Assembly: GCA_020536535.1 (NCBI GenBank)
Contig: JAHLWZ010000625.1
Coordinates: 1 to 64,000 of the forward strand
DNA from: Pelomyxa schiedti
Lineage: Eukaryota > Protista > Evosea
Length of the DNA: 64,000 nt
Direction: 5' to 3'
Position 1 is the first letter of the stretch; each line of letters starts with the position of its first letter. The notes under the pieces are model-generated. The model did not search any database. It saw only the letters and a program-made list of their open reading frames with translations, and was not told where the DNA came from. Shown in pieces: positions 1-14,241 of the stretch. A program made the translations under genes and the position numbers.

Positions 1-1119
<1,119 letters not shown>

Positions 1120-1445
1120 ACCAAGGACCACCACCACACACATCAGACAGCTACCGGAAGGAGACGGACCACAGAGCTTCATTGGGCGGCATGCGGGAAG
1201 TTGACAGGAGTCTTGTTGAACGTGGCGAGTAAGGGCTCTATCCCCCCTCCTCTCGTTTCGCGTTGTGCCACTGGTTTGGCCGACGTGGGACCAGATCGAG
1301 TTGGGGGGAAAAGGAAACCCTTTGCCTGCCAAGACACACTCCTTCCCGTGCCTGATGGGGTTCTGGCCGTCTCTGGTTGTTGGCTACAAAGAAAATAATA
1401 AACTGTTCTTTTTGTCATTTTTCTCTTCCAGTTTTCTTTCCACTG
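1120..1445 (+). repeat. Actin 3' UTR, copy 1 (near-identical to 11878-12200); folds into a long rod-like hairpin
   Basis: Direct repeat at an offset of 10760 nt. Self-complementary arms at 1147-1383, followed by AATAAA near 1397. Confidence 0.9.
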
Positions 1446-1792
1446 CCCCGTAAGCTTAGTCTAGGGGAAAGAAGGGCAAAAAACAAGGGTGCCCGTGGCT
1501 GGTCACTGTAGAGAAGTTTTCTAACAGTTCCCTTGTGTCTCAGTTGGGATCCTGAATCTTTGGCGGCAATGCTAAACTTCCGGGAGATGCATCTTTGTCT
1601 GCTGTAAGTTGCACCATCACCGAAGCTCTACATTCTTTACCCCTGGTCTGTTGGACGGCAATGACACTGTATCAAATGGGTGAAACGTCCGATCCATGTT
1701 GACCTCTGGTTTCCCACAGCGGGAAAGAAAATAAGCCAGAAACCAAGTTTTTTCTTTTTCTTTTTTTAGTTCCAGAACAAATAGACATGGCT

Positions 1793-4038
1793 TTATGAAG
1801 AGCCGAACGAGAACCACTTGCGGCCTGTGGATGTCGAAACAGGGGGGCCACTGGACGAAGGGGCAGAAGGGGTTGATGCAGTTGCTGGAGAAGCCGCGGT
1901 CGTGGTGGCTGCCCTGGTGGTTATCATGCTGAGAGCGGCTTGCTCTTGTTGTGCTTGTGCTTGGTCTCGCTGGGCTTGGGCCTCTTCCGCGGTGATCCAC
2001 TTGGTGTATTCTACAGAGTACACCAGAGTCTGTACTGTATGCGGGGAGGTCTTGAACTATTTGTGGGGTGTTAGTGTTTGCAAAATCTGAGGTGAGGAAG
2101 TAGGGGCACCTCAAATAGACAGTGTGTTGCTGGATTGCCAAGTTTAGTGGGAGTGATGGCTGTGTTGTTAAGGAAACAGGCACCAACCACCCATTCATTC
2201 CAGCGTGGTTGCAGAGGCTCAAATCTAACCTGGGGGTTTTTAGATTAAAGGTGGTTGCTAGGAAGAAAAAAAAATACAATTTTGTCAGCCCCTTCCTTTC
2301 GCTTGTCTTTAACAATTAATTGCATGGTTTCAGAAAAAATATGATCTCGTTTGTTGACTGTATTGTCAACTTTTTTGTATAACACCTGGGGGCAGTTTAT
2401 TAACAACATGACTATAAAATTGAGGTAAGTCACCTCCAAGAAAGTGCACGGTTCAAGGGCAAGTCGAATAAGTCCACCTGAGGCAGTGTGTGCAATGCTC
2501 CTTGAGGCTGCAAAATTCTCTAGGCCAAGAGTGGTATCACCCCACTTGTGCATTGACAATATGCTTCCTTGAGGAAGTGTGGTCTCACCATATTTGTTGT
2601 TCAGATTCTCAAATTCTAACACTGAGGAAACCTGTTGTAGTGTTGGGAACTTTGGGCAAACACACGTTACAGGTGAACACACCGACATGGGATAGTAGTC
2701 CGAACTACTCCTGTCAATGTCGGGATACTTCCGATATTTAAATTGGTTGGCGGCATAGAGTTGGCTCTGCTGATGAATCACAGTGTAAAGCCTAACTGGG
2801 ATTACAGCCTCGAGGAAAGGAATAGTTGTTGTTCCCTGTTAGCGATTTTAGCATTTTTCTAACCATCACCCACTTACCTCTGGGATGTCGATAAGACGAT
2901 TCAGTGAGTAGGTCTCAGTGACACGGGATATTGTGGCTTTTCTTTTTTGCCTCTTTGATGACTCAAAAAGGCTACTTTTACTAAATCTTTCGGATGAGGG
3001 CGCGTCATCATAGGATGACGGTGCAGAAGTAAATTCAGTGAGCGCTGCTAAAGAGGCTGTATAATCGCATCCACAACTATTTGTTAATGTATCTGTTCAA
3101 TGCGCGGTCAGTAAACCAATAATAGATAAAATTTCACATACAAGTGCCAAAGAAAGTCATCTCTGTGGCGTTGGCATTTAAAACTGCATGGTAACTAGCA
3201 TTCCACGAAATACCAGTTGTAGTATACTTAACGGCCAACTACATACATCAATTATAAAACCCCCACAGTTTACACTAAACCTCATGCTGTTGTGATGTAC
3301 TCCTTGTGCTCAACGATCCAGAGACATATGGTACATTGAAAAATGCAGATGGAGGGGTACTGCTATTCAATTTTACATTCACGAGCGTTTCCTTTGACAA
3401 AACCATATTTCCAATTGTGTTCTCAGTGGAGGCAGAAGCTGAAGAGGATGATGGAATAGAAACTAATAAAACAGCGTGTGGTCCTTGATCTTCAATGGAG
3501 ACAAGGACTCCACGTTTCCATGAATTATCTTTGAGATCACTTGCAGTTTGGAATTCAATCTCCTAGATCTCCTAGTCAGAAACAAAACTGGAAATCATAA
3601 GGGGCGCTCACTCTATTGATCTGAGACTTGAGTATAGAAGTTGCATTCGCAGGAGGACAAGGACTTCCCATAGAGTGATTTACAGAAGCAGGGTCAGTCA
3701 AGGACCTAGAGAATGTCACATCGTCAAAGTTTAATTATTCGTTTTCTTGACCGTACCTCACAGTTAAATGAGAGACTTTGGTAGGTACGGGAGTTAGTAC
3801 GAATTCTCCAGCGCTACCCACCATTACATTGGTTTTCTAAACGTCATCAATTAAGAAATTAAGACTACACAAAACGAAGGAAACTAAACCTGATCAACCA
3901 AAGTCTGGATCTCAGCGTTTCCACGAGGAATAGTAAGAGCAGTCCTGGAGTCCAAAGACGGCGGAGATCCCGACTTGGACTCGTGGATCCGGAGCTCGAA
4001 TCTGTCTCCGCTGCCACAACAACAACAACCGACGACAT
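1793..4038 (-). CDS. DUF4139 domain-containing protein, multi-exon (start uncertain)
   Basis: Exon peptides LAVKYTTTGISWNASYHAVLN, TYSLNRLIDIPE, VLEFEN...TTLPQG, IAHTASGGLIRLAL and C-terminal YSVEYTKW follow the DUF4139 pattern as I recall it. Stop after GRKWFSFGSS at 1793. Confidence 0.6.
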
Positions 4039-4327
4039 GCTTTGACGGTAAAGTTTTTAGTTTTGTTTTGTTTTGTTTGTTGTGATCGAATGTGATGAAA
4101 AAACGGTTAAGAAGCGCAGGCGTCTGGGGGGTTTCAGAGAAATAGAATTGTTGGCCCCATCCCAGTAAATATGTGGTGCTCTAGAAGAGTTGGAATAGAG
4201 CTCATCTCTAAGAAGAACTGAACTGAGCCAGGTACTTCGCCATTCCGCCAGCCCATCAAGCCCAATTTGGGGAACCCAACGTTCTTTTTCGCCACAAAAA
4301 TAAATAAAAAAAAGGTTATCGGTGTTC

Positions 4328-6396
4328 ATGAAGTGGGGTTTTGTATCACCTCGTGGCCTGGGCTACACCCAGTCCCGAGCAGATTGTATTATTATTATTC
4401 TTGCCACACTGCTCCTCTCAGTCTCACAAGCACATCTCCCATCATCAGCGACAGCCTCTGGGCGCGCTCCCGCCGCCGCGGGCACCTCGTGCACGTACGT
4501 AGGCTACGGCGGGTTCTTCGACAGCAACCAGCGGACGTTCCAGACCGCACTTGTGGGACAGGACATCCTGGTCGAGGTCCACGCCTACTCCCTCGGGTTC
4601 CTGCACTTCACCGAGCACGCGGACGGCGCCTCCCTGTGCGACTTCTCGCTCTCGAACCCCAACGGCTGGACCGTCGCCCAGCTCAAGACGTCCACGGACC
4701 CCTGCGCCCAGAACGTCACCAAGACCTTCGACGCGGCCGAGTACGAGGCCCACTGCGGGTCCCTGTCGACGACCGAGACCGGCGAGTCGCTGCGCACGAC
4801 AGCGGAGGACGTATCTGTAAACCTGTGGTACAACAAATTGCCGAATGGCGACGACTATTACGTGAACGCCAGCGCTGTGTTTCAGACTGTACGCAAAATT
4901 TCAAACGTCAATTCCAATGAGAACTAAATAATCATATTCTCACACCAGTATAAGACAAACATATAAATATTTATATATATAGATTGGTTCTCTCGTTTTC
5001 ATTTGTGATCTGTTTTTTTTTAATTCCCATTAACTATGTGGAATTCACTGTGTTTGGGTTGGGGGCGGTTTGAACAGACCCTGTTGCTTCAGACAAGCGT
5101 AAATTCTTCGCTGATCGCATATACTGTCACGCCACTTGCCTGTGGTGCTGTAGTTTATGGCACCTCGGGTGTCTATGGGGAAAACATTTTTGCAAATATC
5201 ATGGCTCAAGTCACAGCCCCATACTTCATTACTGCGATTGAGTCTATACCTATAGCTATTCCTTCAACCCAGTATGCTGCAACTGTTCTGACAACCGGCA
5301 TTGATCACGTGGAACATGGGTACTCCTCAGCATTTGGTCTGCTAACTTCCATTCCCAGACAAGGTAACCTACTTTAGGATTTGGTTATCCTTAACACATA
5401 CTAGATTGCTATTGCTATGGCAACTTCACTGTGAAGTTCTATCTGAGCTGCTCTCCTTATGACGCGTCTTGTGATACAGCTGTCCTTGCGGCCAACCCAT
5501 TCTTCCTTACTAATATTCTTGTGGCAGTACCAAGCTGTGCTATGCAGTACCAATCCTCGTCAGCTGCTTTGACCATAATAACATACAACGAGGATGATGA
5601 AGTGGACCTTTCATTTATGTCTGGCGACAGTGTGTTCTCAATCATAAAACTCCCAGCCTAATAAATATTCTCCAGGAATCAAAGTTAGCGAACAGATTTC
5701 TGTAGAAAACGGCCTTACACCTGCAGGCAACTGCGAATGCTCTACCACCTTAATGGTCTACGACTGGGCTGGCATTCTTCAGAGTAACTTTTCTGATGTG
5801 CAGAATGATAGAAGATTCTCTCCCGTAACTGTATCTGTTGAACCTCTTCTGAATGAATTTTGGTTTGTACCCTTTTTCCCCTCACACAGCCAGGATTGCT
5901 CACCAGACTCATTTGCAGGATAACCCTTGATTCAGACCTTTTTAACTCTCCCAACGGGAATGTAATATCTCTGTTTGGCAAATGTGTTATCAACTGGGAC
6001 GACGAAGAGGAGGCCGAAGCTCACGGCACCCAGAACCTCCGCGCCGACTCGGAAATCCCAGCTTCAACCCAAGGCTACATGTCTCTGTCAGTTGCTCCCA
6101 CAGGGGATGTTGACCTCTCGTGGGTCATTGCCCTGTGTGCTTGTGGTGGTGCTGCGGCCGTAGTCGCATTCGCTGTACTGGCTTTTGTAATTTACAAGAG
6201 ACGGCACAAGGTCCCGCAGGTCATAGTGGATGTACCATCTCAAAAACCCCACCACGAAGAGAGTGTAAGCACGATTTGTAGTTCAACCACCCCACCTCCA
6301 GCACCAACCACCACCGTGACTATTGCCAAAGCCAATTTCGCTCTCCCGCGAGTACCCACCAACGGTACACATGTCAACTATGGTACCAATTCGTAA
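4328..6396 (+). CDS. Predicted type I membrane protein (signal peptide, Cys-containing ectodomain, single TM), function unknown
   Basis: N-terminal hydrophobic stretch IIIILATLLLSVSQA, GC-rich coding exon, TM WVIALCACGGAAAVVAFAVLAFVIY followed by KRRHK, GT-AG introns between the ORF pieces. Confidence 0.7.
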
Positions 6397-6451
6397 TGTA
6401 AAAAATAATTTCTTTCCGGTATGTGTTTGTTCACAGGACCGTCACGGCCAA

Positions 6452-7469
6452 TCATAGTTTTGCCAGAGACTTCCCGGTGTTGGAATCACAAATGAAAGCT
6501 GCAAGAAGTGTAGTTGCACCTGATCCACGGTTGGTTGTCCTCGGGCCAGCTTGCACAGCACAGATTGCAGTGGACCCAGTGGTATCAACTCCATTGCTTA
6601 TCCAAAACGGAACACTACGTTCATAACTGGAGAGGGCACTCAAGTTGTAAGCACTATAGACCTCACACACTGGGTGAGATCCCGGAATTCCCCGCCACCA
6701 GGCAGCGATGTGGTCAGGATGGATCAAGGCGAGGTGTTTGCAGTTCACCGGAGGGAAAAGCTGCTGACCTGATGTGATGTTGTACACACTGCGCCATGAA
6801 CTCAGGATGTCCCTGTGGAGAGTATTGGCCTGCTGATTCAAGAGGGCCACATTTTGTTTTGGCTCGTGTGGTAGCAACACCAGCCTCCCTGGTTCCAACT
6901 GCCACCCCACGTTCAATGCTCTTCTCGAGGCCGACGAACGAAACCAGTGCGTGATCATGCTGGTAATCGCAAGAGTCGAACGGAGAAGCTTGCGGCGTCC
7001 ACGGTTAGAGGAAGATCGAGTGGCATGGCCCTCAATCAGCCACGTGTGCCGTGAGCTGAACATTGGTGTTGTTACTGCGAATCGCGTTCCTTGGGGTGTC
7101 ACATTGTTGTTTTGCCAATCTTCTTGTTCACTGGTGGTACTGCAGCGACAGCTGCACGTATAAAATTGGGGACACAAAAAAAGAGGAGCATTGCCGTGCT
7201 AAAGGGGAGAGAGGGTGATCGAGGAGACGTGACGACTCGGCGCGGGGCGATATGTTGCAGGTGGCCTGGCCAAGGAAAACCCTCTCCATTGGGCACCTCT
7301 TGGCTTCATCTCTCATCACCACACCCTCCCCTTTGTGGGTGTGGTTCTTTGTCATCTTGTGGGGCTCAGCAGCTGCGTCATCCATTTGTCTGCGACCCAA
7401 CCCATTTTTATGCCTTGACAAGGTTGTACCTGGGTGAGTCGAATTCTCAAGACCCCACAGTGTAGCCAC
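6452..7469 (-). CDS. Hypothetical protein, probably a lineage-specific family member (5' structure unresolved, may extend to about 8050)
   Basis: 241-aa ORF whose C-terminus (FICDSNTGKSLAKL) resembles those of the orphan paralogues at 25301 (LLDAPTGSLILRARL) and 27903 (VIEASSGVVVFTI). Confidence 0.4.
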
Positions 7470-8470
7470 GGAAACTCACTCTTGACCTCACTTGAAGAAA
7501 GTCAATACGAGGTTGAATTCCTTCTCTCCTTTCCAACCCCTGGCTCACAGTTCCTCAGATGCTGTGGCCGACAACTCTGAGGCACGTGTTGTGTTGCTAT
7601 TTCGGATGGTTCTGGAAGCCTCATCAGTGTTATGATTGGAAAGGACCTTTGACCCCAAAATGGAATGGGAAAGCACAAGGGTGCATTTATGAAACTGAAC
7701 ATAGTTCCCATTTGGCGAACGCAATCGCTAACACTGTGATACAATGATGATAAAAACCCCGAGGTAATGAGGTTACACTCACTTGTTTTTCCAACTTTGC
7801 ACAGAGTCGGAGTTCGTGCCACTTCTCCCGAGACCTCATTGGCTCCTGCAAGCGGTTACAGTTTCGCACACAAAATTTGTGCTTCTACTGGTAAATGCAC
7901 CCTGCTGCCAAATACAACCGAAGTAAAAAAAAAAAGGCAGCTCATATCATAATATAGAGTGTCAGAGAAACCAAGTGAAACAAAACATTTCAACACTGGA
8001 GCAGCCGCACGCAACAAAAGCACAAACAGTGGAGCCCTACTCAGTACCATGTATTTTCTTCACTACCTCTCACATTAAGTTTAATAATTAACTCCAGATT
8101 ATTGATTCCCTTAGTGTTAATGGATTTCTATGCATGTGATATCTCCAGTGCCACGTTCAATCTTGCAACTGATTCTCTTTCTTGGGGGGAAGGAATTGGC
8201 GCCACAGAGTGTGTGAGAGTTGTCAATCATTTATTTCTCTGTCAACCACAGGTTCGATTCTCACCCACAGGTTCGATTCTCACCCACAACAGATATTCCT
8301 CCAGTTCGAGCTTCCGCACAGTTGAGAGTTTTGATCAGTGTGGTCCTCACGGTAGTCGCTGCGTTGTGTAATTTCGTTGAACACGTTCTATTTGAGGTCC
8401 TACAATTAAAGGACGACGCTTGTTGAACAACAAAACGAAACAAAATTTTGGTTTTTTTTTGGTCATTCGA

Positions 8471-11185
8471 TTACAGAGAATTGTTTAGGTTGATGGCTTC
8501 TAAGGACTCTATGGTCTTGGCCCATTTCGCTTCCATCTGTTTTAGTTTGATGAGAGGGATAAAAGAAACTGAAGAACACACTATTCGGTGGTAATCCCTT
8601 TGCTGCAGGGCATAGGAATGTAGTGCACTTATTCCATCACTGAGCCGGTCGTGGTGCATGCGGTTGAGCTCGGCCATGAAAATTCCGTTATGAGCTTCAG
8701 AGGATTCCTTTGTTGACTCCAGCTTCTTTTCAACTTCATACCTGGGAGCGTTTTTTTTGATTGTATAACTGAGGAAAAATCACTTACACAGCTCTGGCTC
8801 GCTCTACACTAGCATCTGAACTATTGTCCGCTTTCAGTTTTCTATGTGTCTCTTCTAGTTTTTGGTAGGATGCTTCAGCTGCATCACGTACTTTGACAGT
8901 TTCCTGAGATAAAAATCAATTCTGGTTTCGGGGGGAAAAAAAAGAGTACCAAGAAAGAGAGTAAGACGGCAGCTGAATCTTTTGTATAGTCGCAAAAAAA
9001 AGTAGAGTTTTCTGGCTGTTTTGGCATTTCAATAAGAATTCAAGTACAATACGATAATAGACAAACTGCAGATTTATAAGCCATTGACTCAGAGTGATAG
9101 ATGGAATTCATTGTAACGAGAACTTCATTGAAGGCACTACATTGGGGACAGTCTTTTCGCCAACAGGGTTCCACTTGAAGTTGTTCAAGACGTTCCACAA
9201 ACCTATCCAACTCACTGGCAAGGGCTTGAAAGATTAGAACATTCAAGTGCTATTGTGGCAAACACACCAGCCCGTTTTGTTTGAATGGCAAAGTCAGCTT
9301 CATTTATTGCCATAAGGGCCCTCTCGAACTTGGATGAGAATTTCCTAAATGACTCTAACTATTGGAGTCAAAAATGTAAGCCAAAAACGAAGTTGCAGCT
9401 GACCTCCAAACCACATTGCTCCATGTGTTCATGAGTTGTATTGGCAATATCAACTTGAAGTGGGAATTTTTCTCCAATTTCTCTGCACTCCTTTTCCATT
9501 TTTCTCTTCCAGGGTTTCCACTGTATTGCAGGAGTAAGAATAAAACAGGGTAAAACTAAAATATTTCATTTTTCCATACTTGGGGTGTATCTGTCAAAAA
9601 CCCTTGAAAAATCACACTAAAACGAATAGCTGGATGTTTGGCACATAAATTAATGTATCTTTCAAGATGTTTTCTGCGGGATTCAATAAAATTATTATCA
9701 AATCGACCTGTTTGATTTTCATGCAGTTAGAAGTCTCTCCTCTGGAGCAGTCATAAATAAGAAACACTAAAAGAGGGAAAGTCACCGGAAATTTGTTTGT
9801 CTGGGAGACCGGGAAGAACAAGAATTGGAAAATGTTCTTGAAGTCTGGCATGCAGCCACAAGAAGTGTTTAAACCTGGAATTGTCATCTTGAATAGACCA
9901 AACGCAGTTGTAAACCTTCTTTCAACGGTTTTACCGTTGGGTAGTGTAATAATATAAAATGTGGCTTTCTTTAATCCAGAGAACTTTGCTTTTGTTTCTC
10001 CCACAGTCAAAGAAACTGATAGTGGTTCTAGGGAATCACTCCACTCATGAGAATTCTTTTTGTTTTGTGATCAGTATTGATAGAAACGCATTCAGAGTCA
10101 CATTAATACAATACAGTGGTTCTGTCGATCTTACAGTCCACCTTCTTTCGTCTGATGGTGGTGGGGTTGTTGAAGAGAGTGGGGGTGATGTGGAATGTAC
10201 TGGGGGCTTAGGACTTGATGGAGGTGCGGCCTTTGAATTAGGGGTATTTTTGCCAGTAGTATTTCTTGGCGGCGGCGGTTCAGGTGGAGTCTGTTTGCTA
10301 GATTTACTGAGATCTGCATTCGTGCTACTAGTAGTTGCAGTGCTCCCCAATGTAGTGGTTGAATCTGTGTTACTTGGACTTTTTGAACGGGAAATGTTGG
10401 CAGGTTGTGCCGCAGACAAGGCAGTTACCTTGGTTGGAGCTGGTTTTGGTGGGGCTGGTTGTGGGCGGGGCTTTGTACTGCTACTTGTGGTTGTAGTAGC
10501 ACAATGCAAGGGTGGAGTTTTTGGAGATTTGGTGGTTGTTGTTTTAGATACTGTCTGTGACTGTGCAGGTGTTGTGGCAACTTCTCGGGGAGGAAGTGCT
10601 GGGGCAATTGGGGTCACTTCTCGTGGAGGGAGTGTTGGTGCCTGCACTGGTGCTGGCTCCACAACCAATGGTGGCACATCAGGCAGTATTTCAATGAATT
10701 CTATTGGGACAAACCCAACTTTCCCATTTAACTCAGCTTCCACCCATTCAGGTGATTCTGGTAGTCGAACAAATGTGATCATATCCCCAACCTAATAATT
10801 ATAGGCAGAATAGAATATCACACTTCCAAATAGTGGTGAATTGAAAGCAAACCTTTACAGGTAAATCCTCATCAATGTCAGAGTTGTAATCAAATTTCAC
10901 GCGTGCCTTGCGCGGCAACTTGTCTTCTTCCTGTTGAATTAATTTCACGAAATTGGAGGGGAAATATCCCACTCTGCCATTCAGCTCCCCTGTAGATATT
11001 AAGTTGGACTCACGGAAAGGAAGGCCACTTATGGGACGCACGAAAACAACAAAGGCAACAAACAAACCTTCCCACCAGTCCGCAGAGCCAGTATCAGTGT
11101 TTGTTATTTTGATGGTGTCGCCGGGTGCAAATGGCAGCTCAGTCTCAGCCTCGGGCACATTTCCTGTCACTGCCTGGGCGTACAT
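8471..11185 (-). CDS. Sorting nexin 9/18/33-like protein (SH3-SH3-Pro-rich-PX-BAR)
   Basis: Two SH3 domains (ELPFAPGD...WWEGELNGRVGYFPSNFV; WVEAELNGKVGFVPIEFI), a PX domain (VERRFKHFLWLHARL...LPGLPDKQISGRFDNNFIESRR), the SNX9-type WKPWKRKMEKE linker and a helical BAR-like end (AELNRMHHDR...QQRDYH). Confidence 0.85.
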
Positions 11186-11771
11186 GTTGTGCAACAACAC
11201 AGCGCTGCTTTTCCCTTCTGTAAAAAACCAGAAGAAACAAGTTTGATTGATTACCGTGATTTCGGGTGAATTCTGATGTTTGGAAGGCGGAATACCATAA
11301 TCCAAAAAAAGGGCGCCGCCCGGCAGCAGCGGATGAGTAAATAATTCAATTTTCTGGTACAGATTTGGCAGTTCCCCTTTAAAAAAAAATTCGAAAATCA
11401 GTTTTGAATTTTTTTTCCTCTTCTTTTTGGACTTCGACGCCCAAACGATCTTCCTGAACCCTTCCGTCCCCCATGAGAAAAGGACCAAATGTTATTTTAC
11501 TGTGAAATGATCAGTCCGGCAACAGATCCAAAAAAAAATCATTCAAAACTGCATTTTGGGGGGATTGACGCGTTTGGTGCGGGTCGATGCAGGCACAACA
11601 TCGAACAGCTGCGTACCACGCGAGAGTAAGCAGTTTGGTATTAGCACGTCAAGCTAAACACCAAAAACTTTNNNNNNNNNNNNNNNNNNNNNNNNNNNNN
11701 NNNNNNNNNNNNNNNNNNNNNNNNNNNNNNNNNNNNNNNNNNNNNNNNNNNNNNNNNNNNNNNNNNNNNNN

Positions 11772-11877
<106 letters not shown>

Positions 11878-12200
11878 ACAAAGCACCACCACCACCCACA
11901 CTTCAGACAACAACCGGAAGGAGACGGACCACAGAGCTTCATTGGGCGGCATGCGGGAAGTTGACAGGAGTCTTGTTGAACGTGGCGAGTAAGGGCTCTA
12001 TCCCCCCTCCTCTCGTTTCGTGTTGTGCCACTGGTTTGGCCGACGCGGGACCAGATCGAGTTGGGGGGAAAAGGAAACCCTTTGCCTGCCAAGACACACT
12101 CCTTCCCGTGCCCGATGGGGTTCTGGCCGTCTCTGGTTGTTGGCTACAAAGAAAATAATAAACTGTTCATTTGTCATTTTCTCTTCCAGTTTTCTTTCCA
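11878..12200 (+). repeat. Actin 3' UTR, copy 2
   Basis: Near-identical to 1120-1445, with only a few substitutions. Confidence 0.9.
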
Positions 12201-12553
12201 CCCATTTCTTCGAGAAGATGCGTGTAAGGCCCGTTCTTGCAAGTCCGAAAACCCACTGAAATCGAGTGGAGACGCAGAGCTGTGACACTCTGCTTGTTTT
12301 TCGATCAACTTTGGTTTCTTTAGGTCTTACAGTTGTGTTTCCCGTGATATCTCTTTCCATCAAGGAGAAATTCCAGAGAAGAGTTTCACAAAGCAGTGCC
12401 ACTGGCTCTAGTTCTTGAACCTTATTGCATAAGTACGTTGATTCAGCCACTACTTCCCTTATGCGAAGTTCCCGAATTCACTGAATAGCAACCCTGTTCG
12501 TCGCCGAAAAAAAGGGTGCCGCACTATCTGAAAAAAGCCACAACACTCCTATG

Positions 12554-14143
12554 TTACGATGAGGGAGAAATCCCAAACTGTGAAGCCAGCCACGAGAGGA
12601 CGTGAGAACTTTTACAGCGCTGTGCTTCCTTAAGGGGCTCATTCCAGTTCCCACACAGGAATTCTTTTCCAAGGCCAAAATGCTGGCAGAGCCATGATGC
12701 AACCTCCACGTTGTCTGATTTGCATGCACCCACAATGGCCATGTACATCTCCATGTCCGGCATGAAGTTCACTGACGATTCACGTCCAGCGTTATAAGAA
12801 GGCGAAAAAGCGTGGGACACCCGGGGGTCACTTGTAAGCCACTGGGCTATGTCCAATTTACCATTTGAGCAGGCAACAATAAGTGAAGTACTAGTGCTGA
12901 ATGTGAGTGATATCTTTTACAAAGAAATTGCATACTGGATGTGGGCACTGTTCTTCCTATAGAAATCTGTATTATTGGATCCATCCAGAGGACAATTGTC
13001 TAATATCCACTTCACACTCTGGAGTGTTCCTCGCTTACATGCGTGGCACAACCAGCACCCAGTGGCTGGAGAGACTCCGGCAAGAGAACGAGGATACCGC
13101 TCAAGTAGATAGTTTGCAGCAGCAAGGCTCCCACAAGCTACCGCTGCTTGGATTGGAGGCAATTCCGGCATGCCGGAAGTTGGAGCAGGGTGTGTTGAGA
13201 ATGAAATCTTGGCATCTCCGGGCTGCATGAAGCAGGCATCAACTGGAAGGAGGTCCGATTCACGCGGGGACCAGGTTTGCTCCACAAATTGGATCACGGC
13301 TATATCGTCTCGCTTTGCTGCCACACGTAGGGCATTGTGGGCACAGCTTGGAAATCCATTCTTCTTTTTCTTGGAAAATACATCATCGTGTGGAAACTGA
13401 AGCCTGGTTTGAAGCCATTTGAGGAGTTCCAAATTTCCGCTCTCCAGCGCGAATAGCGCGGCGTTCTTCTTTCCAACTTTTGCATCATTCTAGGTGATCA
13501 ATCGGAATATAAAGTTCAAGTTAATTCTGAAATTAAAGATAGGTTTGGGAATTTATTTACCAGATTAAGTTTGAATTGATTCACCAGCCATTTCGTGAAT
13601 TCAACGTTCCCGCTTTTACAGGCGGCGGCAAAGGGATTGCCCTTGGAACTAAGTATTTCCCTGAAGGGTCCAGGTGCAATTTTATGCTTCCTCACAATAA
13701 ATCTGGCGAAGTTGATGCTTCCAGTCTTTGCCGCCACAACCAAGACCACAATGAAACCCTGAAAGCGACCCTCTACCTCGTCCCTGGTTGGGGTTCTGTA
13801 CAACAAATCTCGCTGCATCAACAAAATTGCCTTTGATATTGCAGGAGCCAACGGGAAGAGAACCTCAGCAACAGAGGCAAGTGTTTCCGTGTCCCTTGCC
13901 TGTTTGCACACATCAATGAATCCCCATTGCAGTAACAGCCGAGATACTTTCAGAATAAGATTTGCATCCTCCCCTAATCACAAGAATCATAATGAGTGTG
14001 AATTTTAAACTCTCGATTTAAAAAAAACACCCAGAGTGAGTACTTTTGTGTCCAGGGATAACCACCTTCCCCCCAACAGGTTGCACATATTTCCAGTCAT
14101 ACACCAGGGCATCAGGTGCTGGTGGTGGGGGAACTGTGTCCAT
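12554..14143 (-). CDS. Ankyrin-repeat-like protein (lineage-expanded family)
   Basis: Repeated motifs AAACKSGNVEFTKWL, ACKRGTLQSVKWIL, ACKSDNVEVASWL. The N-terminal family motif is VSRLLLQW...VAEVLFPL. Confidence 0.8.
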
Positions 14144-14241
14144 TTGTTATTTTGTTTTTAATTGGCTGTTTCGCTTATTTGTTGTTGAAGGGGTATGCCA
14201 ACGAAACGGCAATACCCGTAAGACGTTCGAATGCAGTTCCA

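Noticed and set aside
1147-1383. SRP (7SL) RNA
   Set aside because: It is rod-like and of similar size, but I see no helix-8 GNRA/AGCAG motif or Alu domain, and it lies between the actin stop and AATAAA in both copies.
8246-8288. 19-bp tandem duplication CCACAGGTTCGATTCTCAC with a tRNA T-loop-like GTTCGATTC
   Set aside because: No cloverleaf or A-box can be built, so it is treated as a simple local duplication.
9959-10795. Long antisense ORFs (also 16372-17328, 33118-33774, 41482-42537, 45289-45939, 56071-56679)
   Set aside because: These are shadow frames of low-complexity or GC-biased coding exons on the opposite strand.
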